Counted from the first letter of the stretch, positions 19,728 through 29,622 are shown. The stretch: DNA of 62,863 nt from Minisyncoccota bacterium (GCA_942491275.1 CALNZI010000008.1:1-62863), one strand, 5' to 3'. Notes: a model not told the origin generated them from the sequence alone. Numbers and translations: made by a program.

Positions 19728-19828
19728 AAAGAATAGCTCTCCTCTTCGGGCACGTAAATTTTCTGCTGAAAATTTTCTCAGTATTCGCTCCGTCGAGCTC
19801 ATAAGCCCCTCAGATGAGACTATTCTTT
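19728..19828 (+). repeat. Dispersed structured repeat, copy D
   Basis: Core nearly identical to copy B; 9-bp IR AAAGAATAG / CTATTCTTT. Confidence 0.92.
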
Positions 19829-20760
19829 TGACCTCTTTCATTTGTATTTTCCACCCCATTTTCTATCTATTTTTAGGGTTCAAAAATCACCATTTTTTGA
19901 CCCAAATTAAACCCTTAGTTATCCACACTTTTCTATATATCTATTGATTATTTATAGGCCACGGTATATAATACGTATACATATTATTATTGCTAGTGTA
20001 ATTGCACTAAATATGATAGTATATGTTGTCTGATATTATATTCATTTTTAATGGATATAAGTTGGATTGATCATTGAAAATTTAATAGCTAAAAATTATT
20101 AATACCAAATAATTTTTAGAAATATAATTTTAGTTCTTATTTTTTAAGAAGGTTTTATTTATAATTTTAACACCTTGTTTTAAAACTAGTTCTAAATTAT
20201 TTATTACTTTTCGATGGTTAGACACCGTAAAATTTTGAAGTAAAAATTTGAAATTATTTCTTCCGCTTAAAATTTTGTTTCCAATATTTGATACTCGTCC
20301 GTGATTTTTTTTGATAGAGAAAATTATTAGGAGAGAAAATATAAAAATAATTTTTTAAAAAGAAAAATAAAATTGAATTTATATTTTAATTTTTTATTTG
20401 GTATCGGCCCTGTCGACAAGGCAGATATGCTATTTGTTTTTCATTAAAATATTTTAATTTTTTTAGAAAATTTTAATGATTACATTTAGTAATGTTTATC
20501 AGTTTTTTTTCTAACTAATTTTTTCAGAATTTGGATTGTTGCTTGGCATATTTCTTTTGATAGAGAAGTAAGTAAGTCAGGAATAAAAAAAATAATGAAA
20601 TTATTATTTGGAATTTGTGTTCGTTCATATTAATCAATTAATTAATGTGAACAAAAATAATATACACACGCACATTAGTTTTTTTTGTGGATGCATCATT
20701 ATTAATAAGCATTCCATGAATTAGTCGAAATTAATTTAAAAGTGTATAGAATTATTAAAT

Positions 20761-22719
20761 ATGTTAAAAAAATTCTTAATCGGAACATTCGCAGTTGCTG
20801 TTTTAGCTTTTGCTATGGTAGCATCCGCTGCTTATGATTTCGGAACTACAACTTTGAGAGTAGGTAGTACAGGCGAAGCTGTTATGAATGTTCAAACAGT
20901 TGTCGGTGCTTCCGTAGATGGAAAATTTGGTCCTATGACCAAAGCTAAAGTTATGGCTTGGCAGTCAAACAACGGCTTAGTTGCCGATGGTGCTGTTGGT
21001 CCTATGACTAAAGCTGCAATGAACGGTACATCAGTTGTTACATCAACTTGTCCAGCAGGTCAATTTGACCCTATGACAGGTCTTGCATGTGGAGAAGTTT
21101 CAACTCTTCCAGCAGGATGTATGGCAGGTTACGCGTTTAGTGCAACAACAGGCGTAGCTTGTGTTGCTGGAACAGTTCCTGCAGATACAACTTTCACTGG
21201 AGATGGTGAAGGTAAATTAACTTCTTTTGAAGAAAATGCCCCAGAAGTAACAGAAGCTTCTGAGAATGGAGTTGATGAAGAAGTTTTAAATGTTTCTTTT
21301 GACGCTGATAATGCTGATCAGAAAATTACTCGTATTGATGTAGACTTCCAAGCAGAAGATTCTACACAATCTGATAAGCCTTGGGATTATTTCACAGAAG
21401 TATCTCTTGTCTTTAATGGAAGCGTGGTAGCAACAGCAGATGCTGCTAGCTCAAGTGACTGGGATAGAACAGATGAAACAACTTCTTATGATACTTGGTC
21501 AATTAGATTTTCTAATCTTGATTTAGTTATCAAAGATAATGCTACTGCTAATTTGGCAGTTGCTGTTTCTTCTTTATCTAATGTTGATGGAAATGATGAA
21601 GGTCAATCTTGGGAAGTTGCAATTCCAACAAATGGAATTCGTGCTATTTCTCCAAATGGTCTTTCAGAAACATATCCTACAACAGAACTTAACGAAGACT
21701 TTACTGTAGCTGGTTCAGATGCAGGAACTCTTGTTTGGTCAACAAATGCAGATAATCCAGATGCAAAAGCTATCTCTCTTGATGCTACTGTTGATACTAA
21801 TGGTGTAGTTTTAGCTCTATATGATGTTGAAGCTGACAATCAAGATATATTAGTTGAAGATGTGGTAATTGAAGTTACTGGAACAACTACTGGAACAGCT
21901 AACCAAGTTAGCGACTTCGTTCAAACATTTCATCTTTATGCAGATGGGGACTTAGTTTCAAGTGAATCTGCTTCTACTGCAACAGATATTGATGATGTAG
22001 AAATTACATTTAGTAATGTTAACTTCACAGTTGAAGATGGAAAGACTGTTACTTTCAAAGTTACAGCTGACTTCCAACCTTTAGATGGGACAATTGTAAA
22101 GGCCGCAGATACCTTTAAGGTAAACATTGATGCTTCTGATACTGTTGCTGAACAAGCTTCAGGTGGAAACACAGGAGATTCAATTACTGTAACTGGTGAT
22201 ATTACCGGGCAAGTACATGCTTTGTTCGTTGATGCTCCAGAAATTGCTTTAGTTAGTGCAGTTCTAACAAAGACCCTCGCTTGTGATGGTGTTTGTGCTG
22301 GAGGCGAAGCAGAAAGAGCAGAAGCAGTTATAACTTATACAGTTAAAGCTGTTGGTGCTGATGTTTATCTTCCAGATGAATTAGTGGAAGATGCAGATGA
22401 ATCAGATACTACATACGGAACAGGATCAACATACTTCTTAAAAGAAGGAGCTGGTACTGAACCTACAGCAACTGCTTTGTTGACAACAACAAACGCTTCT
22501 ACTGATACAAACGGTTGGGTTGTTCGTAAGGGTGAAACAAAAACATTCAAAGCATATGTAACAATTACAGCTGCTGCTGATGGTTACCAATCAGTTGGTA
22601 TGTCATCTATTGAATGGAATGCAACTTCTGTTGCTGGAGGTTCTGCAAAGGACTACACTTACAGTATGCAACCAGACTGGACAACAAACAGTATTTATCT
22701 AGAATTTACAGCAGCATAA
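20761..22719 (+). CDS. Secreted peptidoglycan-binding, acidic beta-rich surface (S-layer-like) protein
   Basis: Signal peptide; PG-binding domain (LRVGSTGEAV...VDGKFGPMTKAKVMAWQ..GLVADGAVGP); Cys-rich linker; long T/D/A/V-rich beta region; strongly biased codon use. Confidence 0.8.
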   Translation: MLKKFLIGTFAVAVLAFAMVASAAYDFGTTTLRVGSTGEAVMNVQTVVGASVDGKFGPMTKAKVMAWQSNNGLVADGAVGPMTKAAMNGTSVVTSTCPAGQFDPMTGLACGEVSTLPAGCMAGYAFSATTGVACVAGTVPADTTFTGDGEGKLTSFEENAPEVTEASENGVDEEVLNVSFDADNADQKITRIDVDFQAEDSTQSDKPWDYFTEVSLVFNGSVVATADAASSSDWDRTDETTSYDTWSIRFSNLDLVIKDNATANLAVAVSSLSNVDGNDEGQSWEVAIPTNGIRAISPNGLSETYPTTELNEDFTVAGSDAGTLVWSTNADNPDAKAISLDATVDTNGVVLALYDVEADNQDILVEDVVIEVTGTTTGTANQVSDFVQTFHLYADGDLVSSESASTATDIDDVEITFSNVNFTVEDGKTVTFKVTADFQPLDGTIVKAADTFKVNIDASDTVAEQASGGNTGDSITVTGDITGQVHALFVDAPEIALVSAVLTKTLACDGVCAGGEAERAEAVITYTVKAVGADVYLPDELVEDADESDTTYGTGSTYFLKEGAGTEPTATALLTTTNASTDTNGWVVRKGETKTFKAYVTITAAADGYQSVGMSSIEWNATSVAGGSAKDYTYSMQPDWTTNSIYLEFTAA

Positions 22720-22818
22720 TTAATGTTGATGTAATCTAGCCAATTTAAACTAAATTGGAGTCGGTTAATACGCCTTAAAATGTATTCCCGGACACTATTA
22801 AAAAAGTGTACGGGTAAA

Positions 22819-22848
22819 CAAAAAACCACCCTCACGGGTGGTTTTTTG
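22819..22848 (+). terminator. Terminator after the surface-protein gene
   Basis: CAAAAAACCACCC-TCAC-GGGTGGTTTTTTG. Confidence 0.8.
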
Positions 22849-22906
22849 TTGCCTAATTTCTCACACCTAATAATAACCCACACCTCCGGGATAGGGGAAG
22901 AAAAAT

Positions 22907-22934
22907 GCACCGTTTCGGTTTACCGAAACGGTGC
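22907..22934. repeat. Perfect 13-bp hairpin
   Basis: GCACCGTTTCGGT-TT-ACCGAAACGGTGC. Confidence 0.8.
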
Positions 22935-22981
22935 TTTTGATTCTAACTCAAACGTCCGAACAATCCCCCAAATCCACCAAT

Positions 22982-23006
22982 TCTGCCAAGGACGGTCCTT
23001 GGCAGA
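22982..23006 (+). repeat. REP-like palindrome 1 (5' of RAYT)
   Basis: TCTGCCAAGGAC-G-GTCCTTGGCAGA. Confidence 0.9.
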
Positions 23007-23032
23007 TTTGAGCATTATGATATAATGGTTAT

Positions 23033-23704
23033 ATGTTACGTAAAGACCCATTTATAACAGGTCAATATTACCATATTTACAATAGGGGAATAGATAAACG
23101 TCTGATATTTAACTCAAAAAGTGATTATAAAAGATTTATTATACTTTTATATTTAACTAATTCTACTGGACCAACCAATATTCGTTACATATTAAAAAGA
23201 GATCATAAAAAATTTAATGAAATATTTCAAATAAATAGAGGTGATATGGTTGTTTCTATTGGGGCTTGGTGTTTGATGCCAAATCATTTTCATATATTAG
23301 TAAGACAAGAGAGTGATGGCGGAATAACTAAATTTATGAAAAAGTTATCCACAGGGTACTCTATGTATTTCAATAAAAAATACGAACGACAAGGGTCATT
23401 ATTTGGAGGAGTATTTAAATCTAAGTTAATTGGTGAAGATGATAATTATATGAGACAACTTTTTGCTTATATTCATTTAAATCCATTAGAAACTAATTTT
23501 CCAGATTGGGAAAATAATAAAAAAGAATTAAATCAAGCTGAAGTTCAAAATTTTTTAAATTTGTATGAATATTCTAGTTATCACGATTATCTCGGGGAGG
23601 GGAGAGAACAGAAAAATATATTAAACAAAACTGCATTCCCTGATTATTTTAATAATGATTCAACATCTTTTGTCGATTTTGTAGAAAATTATTTTAAAAC
23701 ATAA
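23033..23704 (+). mobile_element. REP-associated tyrosine transposase (RAYT/TnpA-REP, HUH Y1 family)
   Basis: YYHIYNRG, WCLMPNHFHIL (HUH), AYIHLNP (catalytic Tyr) and YSSY; flanked by inverted palindromes; TGATATAAT 6 nt upstream. Confidence 0.9.
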
Positions 23705-23705
23705 T

Positions 23706-23736
23706 AAAGTTGCCAAGGACCGTCCTTGGCAACTTT
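23706..23736 (-). repeat. REP-like palindrome 2 (3' of RAYT, inverted relative to REP 1)
   Basis: AAAGTTGCCAAGGAC-C-GTCCTTGGCAACTTT. Confidence 0.9.
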
Positions 23737-23802
23737 AGGAGTTATCCACAGTTTGAGAGTATTTTTTATGGAAATAAAAAATACAGATTATATAATTGAG
23801 GA

Positions 23803-24462
23803 ATGGAAAAAATAAAAAAAATATTTGCTCACAAAGTTTTTAAAATTATTTTTAAAATACTTAAGTGGGCTTTTTTAGTATTACTAGCTATTTATTTAAT
23901 TGTGGTAATTGTTAGAGTTTTTTATTTTATTAATTTAGACAAGACTAATGCGCAGGTTGAGAAGATTCATTCTACAAAAATTACGATGGACGACGTCATG
24001 GGAGTTAATTTACCACCCGACCCTGGAGCCGAAGCGGACAAAACTGTGGAGGGGGTTGATGTGAATGAGAATGGGATTCGAGATGATGTTGAATTGGCTA
24101 TTTTTGAAAAGTATTCTGATTCAGCAAAAACTCGGGCAGCGCTTTTGCAATATGCTTTAGCTCAACAAATGATGTTAACTCAACCTTTTGTTAATACAAC
24201 AATTGCGACGGAGGTGGTAAGAGAAGATAATAGAGCTCATTCTTGTATTGCCAATAAACTTGCCCCAAGAAAAACACCCGAATCTTTTAGAACGAATATA
24301 GAAATGGAAAAAATTAATAGTTATATTTCTTTTGTAGAAAATTTACAATTTAACACAGAAGAAAGAAAAGAAGTTCAAAATTCTTTTATTGAAAAATTGA
24401 GGAGTTATTCAAATTTAAGTATTGATGAGTGTGATATAGATTATTCTAAATTATCTAATTAA
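23803..24462 (+). CDS. Hypothetical membrane-anchored protein with a DxNxNG Ca-binding-like motif
   Basis: N-terminal TM; TVEGVDVNENGIRDDVE...KTRAALLQYA; two Cys. Confidence 0.75.
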   Translation: MEKIKKIFAHKVFKIIFKILKWAFLVLLAIYLIVVIVRVFYFINLDKTNAQVEKIHSTKITMDDVMGVNLPPDPGAEADKTVEGVDVNENGIRDDVELAIFEKYSDSAKTRAALLQYALAQQMMLTQPFVNTTIATEVVREDNRAHSCIANKLAPRKTPESFRTNIEMEKINSYISFVENLQFNTEERKEVQNSFIEKLRSYSNLSIDECDIDYSKLSN

Positions 24463-24470
24463 AAACAAAA

Positions 24471-27400
24471 ATGTTGTTAAAAAATATGAGAAATAAAATA
24501 ATATTTAGTTTAATATTTATTTTATTTTTTCTTTTTCAACATTCAGTTTTAGCGGAAGAGCTGTGTTCTTCCAATGGTTATTCTGTGATAACCATTAATG
24601 GTATGATAGCAGATTTAAACGATGCTAAAGCTAATAAGATTGCAATTGAAGATAAAGTTCCTCTTTATTACAATAATCAAAAAGTTACCGTCGACTACAT
24701 CCACAACGAAACTCATTTAGCTGGGCTGGGAGATTTATTTGATGCCATAAGACAGAAGCTTTCTAAAGAAGACTTTGTAGTTAATAGTTACGATTTGAAT
24801 AACATTCTGTTTGATTTGAGCGCTAAGCTTAAAACTCAGAAAGTTTTATTTATTCCTCATTCTCAGGGAAATTTTTATACCAATGACATATACAATAGAG
24901 TAGCTTCAAAAGAAGGAGGAACCCCCAAGGAATCTTTGGGAATTTATGGTATTGGTAGTCCAGCCAGTTATGTGGCTGGAGGTGGAAAATATATAACTTC
25001 TAGTAATGATAAAATAATTAACTTAGTTAGAAAAGCCGGCTGGTTTTTAAATGTTTTAGAACCGAATGTGGAGATTAATTCTCCAATTAATCCAGAAAAT
25101 TTATGGGGGCATAGTTTATCGTCGGTATATTTAAAATATGAGGGAGATAGAATTGCTTCAGAAATTAAAGAAGCTATTGATAAATTAAAAAATAATAAAA
25201 TACAAAATATTAATGAACCCTGTGTGTCTGCTCCAGAGTTAACAGTAGTTCATAAAATAAAAGATGTTTTTTATAGTGTAGCCGATCCTCTTTCTATTAA
25301 GACTAAAAATGTAGCGGTTCTTTTTTATAAAGTTGAGAAATTTATTGTTAATAAAGCAGGGGATATTGCCTCATCTATTGGTGGAACTTTAAAAAAATTA
25401 CTGGCTAGTGCCGGAGGAAGTTCTTTGGGCAATAACGAAGAATCAATTTTACCAACTGAAGCATCTGAGATGGAAGATCCCCAAGTACTTCCAGTTAATA
25501 GTGAATCTGAATTACAACTAGAACCAGTAGTTGAACCAGTTATACCTGAGGAAGAAAATACACCATCTGAATTAACCACGCCCGAGGAGATACCTCTATC
25601 CGCTTCGCTACCCGAGGAAACACCTCCGGCCTCTATAGAACCATTAGAAACAGAACTGGAAGAAGAGCCAATTTCTTCCGGACCTGTAATTCATGGTGGA
25701 GGAGGAAGTTCTTCAACTCCAGATACAACAGCTCCGATAATTTCTTTAATAGGGGAAAGTAATTTAGATGTTGAAAAAGATTCTGTTTATTACGATGCTG
25801 GAGCCACTGCCACCGATGACATCGATGGAGTGATTGATGTTGTTTCGGAAGGAGTTGTTGATACTTCAAATGTTGGAACTTATGCAATTATTTATACAGC
25901 AACAGATTCTTCAAATAATATTTCAACCTTAACTCGAACTATTAATGTTTTTATTCCTTTGTCAAGTTTAATTATTGATTCAGATACCACCTTATCCCCA
26001 GGAGAATATTTCTATGATAATTTAATAATTACTAATAATGCGACACTTACACTTCAAGGAGATCCACTTTCTACCGATTCTTTTAAGGGAGTAAAAATAA
26101 ATGCAAAAAATATTACCGTTGATGCTGGATCAGTAATTTCTGCCAATGGTCAAGGTTTTGTAATTGGACCAGGTACTCTTCTTGAAAATAATGCAGGAGG
26201 AAGTTATGGAGGAGACGGAGATCACAATATAAATTCATTAATTTATGGTTCTGCTAAGGAGCCCATTGATCTTGGTAGTGGGGGTTCTGGAGGAAAAAAT
26301 GGAGGAGGGGCTATTCGAATTATTATTGAAGAGACTTTTTTAAATAATGGGGTTGTTTCTGCAAATGGAGATCTTAATTCAAGTGGAGGAAGCCTCTATA
26401 TAACGACTAAAAATGTTACAGGCAGTGGAGCTTTTAAAGCAAATGGGGGAGGAATATTGTCTACTACAGTTGTAAATGCTTTGGGAGGAGGTGGGAGAGT
26501 CGCTATTTATTATGAGAACTCGACATTTAGTGGAAAAATAGAAGCAAAAGGTGGTTGTGGTCAGTATAATGGGATTACTTTGGTTTGTGCAGAAGCTGGG
26601 ACAGTTGGATTTTTTGATACTGTAAATAATAATCTTTTGATAAATACTTCTTGGCAATTTTTGAAAATAGATATCCCTTTTAATATTAATGAAATTAATA
26701 TTAAAGAAGGAGCAAAAGTATTATCAGAAAAAGATGTAGATATAACAGCAGGTAATTTTATTATTGATGAAGCTTCAACCTGGACTCTTTCTGGTGACGA
26801 AATAACTGATATTAATAGTTTAAATATTTTGGGAAATTCAATTATTACCATAGATCCAGAAGAAATACTTTCTTTAAAGGCTGGAAATCTTAGTATTGAA
26901 AATGGGTCATTGATTAAATCTGACGGGAAAGGCTATGTTAGTGGACCCGGTACACCGAATGTAAATTACGAGGCAGGGTCTAGTTATGGAGGTAAAGGGG
27001 GAGGAGCTAATGCTAAACCAATATATGGTTCTGCTTCTGAGCCTATTGATTTTGGAAGTGGAGCAGAGGCTAATCGTGGGGGTGGGGCAATTCATTTAAC
27101 TATTTCTGATACATTAATTAATAACGGAATTATTTCTGCCAATGGAAGTTCAGATCGTACCAGTGGAGGAAGTATATATATAGATTCAAATAAAGTAAAT
27201 GGAAGTGGAAGTTTCCAGGCAAATGGAGGTGGCAGTAGGTGGCCTTACGGATCCGTTGGAGGAGGAGGAAGAATTGCAATTCATTATCAAGATTCTACTT
27301 TTAGTGGAACATCGGACGTTTCTGGAGGTAAGTATTGTTATTCTGGTTGTAAATCATCAGGGGAAGATGGAACAGTAGAATTTGTTGATAAATCAATTGT

Positions 27401-28166
27401 TGTTCTCAGTTCTGAAAAACAAATTTCTTCTTTTGATTTTAAAATTTTAACACCAGAAGTTATTGGTCTTATTAATGAAGATGATCATACTATTTCTATG
27501 GCTGTACCTTTTGGGACAGAGGTGACAAATTTAGTTCCAATGATTTCTTTTTCAGATAAATCAACAGTGAATCCAAATTCGGAGGTGGCTCAAGATTTTA
27601 CAAATTCAATTATATATACAGTCACAGCTGAAGATAATTCAATACAAGAATACACAGTGAGTGTTGTTGTAGGAGCAGACCCAAGCCCTACCCCAGATCC
27701 TATTTTGGGTTGTATGGATTCTTCTTTCGATAATTATGATTCAACCGCAACGGAAGATACAGATCCAACTTTATGTGTTAATGATCCAGACCCTATCCCT
27801 GATCCCGTTGTGGACATAATTACACCTTCTATTACAAGTTATAGTTTAAATGGAATTTCTGGAGACATCACAGTTAATCCCTTGAGCAATCCCATGGTTA
27901 TAAATTTAAACTCCAGTGAAGATGTAAATTGGATGTCTGTAAAAATCGAAAATCAAGATAATTCAAGTTTTTATAAAATTTTCCAATCAGGAGCAGGTTG
28001 TGTGGATGGAACTAATACCTGTACAAAAACCTGGGATGGACTTCTTTCCAGCGGGGGATTACTAGATAGTGGAACATATAAGATTAAAGTACACATAAAA
28101 GATGCTGCAGATAATGAGTATTATGACTACCTACCGTCAATAATTACAGTTGAGATTCCAATTTAA
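24471..28166 (+). CDS. Large secreted multidomain protein: alpha/beta-hydrolase-like N-domain, Pro/Glu linker, Ig-like (DUF5011-type) domain, two Gly-rich modules, C-terminal Ig-like domains
   Basis: Signal peptide; PHSQGNFYTN nucleophile-elbow motif; DTTAPIISLIGE...DAGATATDDIDG...VGTYAIIYTATDSSNN; duplicated YGSA.EPID.GSG...GGGAI...GGGGR.AI modules. Confidence 0.8.
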   Translation: MLLKNMRNKIIFSLIFILFFLFQHSVLAEELCSSNGYSVITINGMIADLNDAKANKIAIEDKVPLYYNNQKVTVDYIHNETHLAGLGDLFDAIRQKLSKEDFVVNSYDLNNILFDLSAKLKTQKVLFIPHSQGNFYTNDIYNRVASKEGGTPKESLGIYGIGSPASYVAGGGKYITSSNDKIINLVRKAGWFLNVLEPNVEINSPINPENLWGHSLSSVYLKYEGDRIASEIKEAIDKLKNNKIQNINEPCVSAPELTVVHKIKDVFYSVADPLSIKTKNVAVLFYKVEKFIVNKAGDIASSIGGTLKKLLASAGGSSLGNNEESILPTEASEMEDPQVLPVNSESELQLEPVVEPVIPEEENTPSELTTPEEIPLSASLPEETPPASIEPLETELEEEPISSGPVIHGGGGSSSTPDTTAPIISLIGESNLDVEKDSVYYDAGATATDDIDGVIDVVSEGVVDTSNVGTYAIIYTATDSSNNISTLTRTINVFIPLSSLIIDSDTTLSPGEYFYDNLIITNNATLTLQGDPLSTDSFKGVKINAKNITVDAGSVISANGQGFVIGPGTLLENNAGGSYGGDGDHNINSLIYGSAKEPIDLGSGGSGGKNGGGAIRIIIEETFLNNGVVSANGDLNSSGGSLYITTKNVTGSGAFKANGGGILSTTVVNALGGGGRVAIYYENSTFSGKIEAKGGCGQYNGITLVCAEAGTVGFFDTVNNNLLINTSWQFLKIDIPFNINEINIKEGAKVLSEKDVDITAGNFIIDEASTWTLSGDEITDINSLNILGNSIITIDPEEILSLKAGNLSIENGSLIKSDGKGYVSGPGTPNVNYEAGSSYGGKGGGANAKPIYGSASEPIDFGSGAEANRGGGAIHLTISDTLINNGIISANGSSDRTSGGSIYIDSNKVNGSGSFQANGGGSRWPYGSVGGGGRIAIHYQDSTFSGTSDVSGGKYCYSGCKSSGEDGTVEFVDKSIVVLSSEKQISSFDFKILTPEVIGLINEDDHTISMAVPFGTEVTNLVPMISFSDKSTVNPNSEVAQDFTNSIIYTVTAEDNSIQEYTVSVVVGADPSPTPDPILGCMDSSFDNYDSTATEDTDPTLCVNDPDPIPDPVVDIITPSITSYSLNGISGDITVNPLSNPMVINLNSSEDVNWMSVKIENQDNSSFYKIFQSGAGCVDGTNTCTKTWDGLLSSGGLLDSGTYKIKVHIKDAADNEYYDYLPSIITVEIPI

Positions 28167-28173
28167 TTAGCTT

Positions 28174-28198
28174 TCTGCCAAGGACCGTCCTTGGCAGA
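28174..28198. repeat. REP-like palindrome 3 (8 nt after the large surface gene)
   Basis: TCTGCCAAGGAC-C-GTCCTTGGCAGA followed by TTTGAG, as for REP 1. Confidence 0.9.
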
Positions 28199-28318
28199 TT
28201 TGAGGTTTATTTTATAGAGCTGTCTAGGCGGTCAATATTGAAAAAATATTCAAAAAATTTTTATATTATTTTGGGATAATGAGTGGAAAATCTTGGCTTT
28301 TTGTGGTATAATAGGTGT

Positions 28319-28414
28319 ATGATCAATAAACATTCAATTAAGGTCATTCTTGCTTTTACTACCGTTGTTGTGTTGGGCTTGATTCTCCTGGTTGTTATTG
28401 ACGGATTTAAGTAA
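28319..28414 (+). CDS. Small single-TM protein (31 aa), not in the ORF track
   Basis: MINKHSIKVILAFTTVVVLGLILLVVIDGFK*; TGGTATAAT (28304-28312) lies exactly 6 nt upstream of the ATG. Confidence 0.6.
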   Translation: MINKHSIKVILAFTTVVVLGLILLVVIDGFK

Positions 28415-28426
28415 ATAGTATATATT
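28398..28426 (+). promoter_or_regulatory. Promoter of rplJL
   Basis: TTGACG, 17 nt, TATATT. Confidence 0.65.
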
Positions 28427-28435
28427 AATAAACGT

Positions 28436-28540
28436 TAGCCGTAGAAAGTAGGCAATCAATAAGCCCTACCCAGGTCGAATCTATCTTCTCAATATGAGTA
28501 AGGTAGGCTACACTTTAACGGCCCTTAGGGCCTTTTTTAA
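28436..28540 (+). ncRNA. Ribosomal protein L10 leader (autogenous control element)
   Basis: GCCGTAGAAAGTAGGC...CCCTACCCAGGTC resembles the L10-leader core; GC hairpin GGCCC-TTA-GGGCC before the rplJ start. Confidence 0.6.
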
Positions 28541-28554
28541 TTTTAAACAAAATT

Positions 28555-29043
28555 ATGCCGATTACATTAAACAAAAAGAAAGAACTTGTGGCTGGCTTGG
28601 AAAAGTCAATTAAAAGTTCAAATTCAGTTGTTTTTGTGAAGTTTGATAAGTTGTCAGTGGAAAATGCAAACGTACTTCGTCGTAAATTACAAAGCCAAGA
28701 AGTTGGCTACGTGGTTTCGAAGAAGACTCTTTTGAAAAGAGCTCTTGATTCTCAAAAGTTCGAAGGTGACCTTCCAGAAATTCCTGGACAGATTGCCATC
28801 GCCTACGGAGATGATTTAATTGCTCCGTCTCGAGAGATTTTTGATTTTGCAAAAACTCACAAAGAAAGCATTAAGATTGTTGGGGGAGTGTTTGAAGGAA
28901 AGTACATGAACGCTGAAGAAATGATGTCCATTGCTACTATTCCTCCATTACAAACTCTACGTGGAATGTTTGTCAACATTATCAATTCACCGATTCAAAG
29001 ATTTGCTGTTGTGTTAGATCAAATCGCACAGGCAAAAGCTTAG
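28555..29043 (+). CDS. rplJ: 50S ribosomal protein L10
   Basis: LRRKL...VSKKTLLKRAL and LATIPP-like IATIPPLQTLRGMFV; precedes rplL. Confidence 0.96.
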   Translation: MPITLNKKKELVAGLEKSIKSSNSVVFVKFDKLSVENANVLRRKLQSQEVGYVVSKKTLLKRALDSQKFEGDLPEIPGQIAIAYGDDLIAPSREIFDFAKTHKESIKIVGGVFEGKYMNAEEMMSIATIPPLQTLRGMFVNIINSPIQRFAVVLDQIAQAKA

Positions 29044-29072
29044 GAATTTACTAATTAATAAAATATAAAATT

Positions 29073-29549
29073 ATGTCAGAAGAAACAAAAAAAGAAGAAG
29101 TAGTTGCTACTCCAGAAGTTGCTGCTACCGAAGAAAAGAAAGAAGTCAAAGCAGAAGCTGAGACTAAAGAAGTTGCAGTTCCTGCAAAATTCAAGAAACT
29201 TGTTGAAGAAGTTGAAACAATGTCAGTTATTGAATTACACGAACTTGTAAAAGTTTTAGAAGAAAAATTCGGAGTTTCAGCTGCTGCTGCAGTTGCTGGA
29301 CCAGCTGCTGCTGCCGGAGGAGAAGAAGCAGAAGAAAAAAGTGCTTTCACCGTTGAACTTACTTCAGCAGGGGAACAGAAGATTGCTGTTATGAAAGTAG
29401 TTAAAGAAGTTCTTGCTCTTGGACTAAAAGAAGCTAAAGATTTAGTTGATGGAGCTCCTGGAGTTCTAAAGGAAGGAGTTAAGAAAGAAGAAGCAGAAGA
29501 AATGAAGAAGAAAATAGAAGAGGCTGGTGGTAGTGTTACTTTAAAATAA
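29073..29549 (+). CDS. rplL: 50S ribosomal protein L7/L12 with an acidic N-terminal extension
   Basis: [23 protein letters not shown] and [14 protein letters not shown]. Confidence 0.98.
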   Translation: MSEETKKEEVVATPEVAATEEKKEVKAEAETKEVAVPAKFKKLVEEVETMSVIELHELVKVLEEKFGVSAAAAVAGPAAAAGGEEAEEKSAFTVELTSAGEQKIAVMKVVKEVLALGLKEAKDLVDGAPGVLKEGVKKEEAEEMKKKIEEAGGSVTLK

Positions 29550-29564
29550 GGATTTCCTTAAAAG

Positions 29565-29600
29565 AAAAACACCCTGCAAGTAAACTTGCAGGGTGTTTTT
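29565..29600 (+). terminator. Terminator after rplL
   Basis: AAAAACACCCTGCAAGT-AA-ACTTGCAGGGTGTTTTT. Confidence 0.9.
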
Positions 29601-29622
29601 TGATAGCGTATAATAGATAAAT

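Noticed and set aside
18593-19859. ORFs 18593-18811 and 19626-19859
   Set aside because: They read through repeat copies C and D, overlap a real gene or lack start signals, and are likely artefacts of the repeat's open frames.
19830-20760. Replication origin
   Set aside because: Only one perfect DnaA box lies in this stretch (others are scattered at 23345, 23742, 30214). No dnaA/dnaN is nearby and no strand-bias switch is obvious by eye; a cumulative skew plot would be needed.
17929-23601. KOPS-like GGGGAGGG at 17929 and 23594, both on +
   Set aside because: Two hits inside coding sequence are too few to separate from chance on a G-rich strand.
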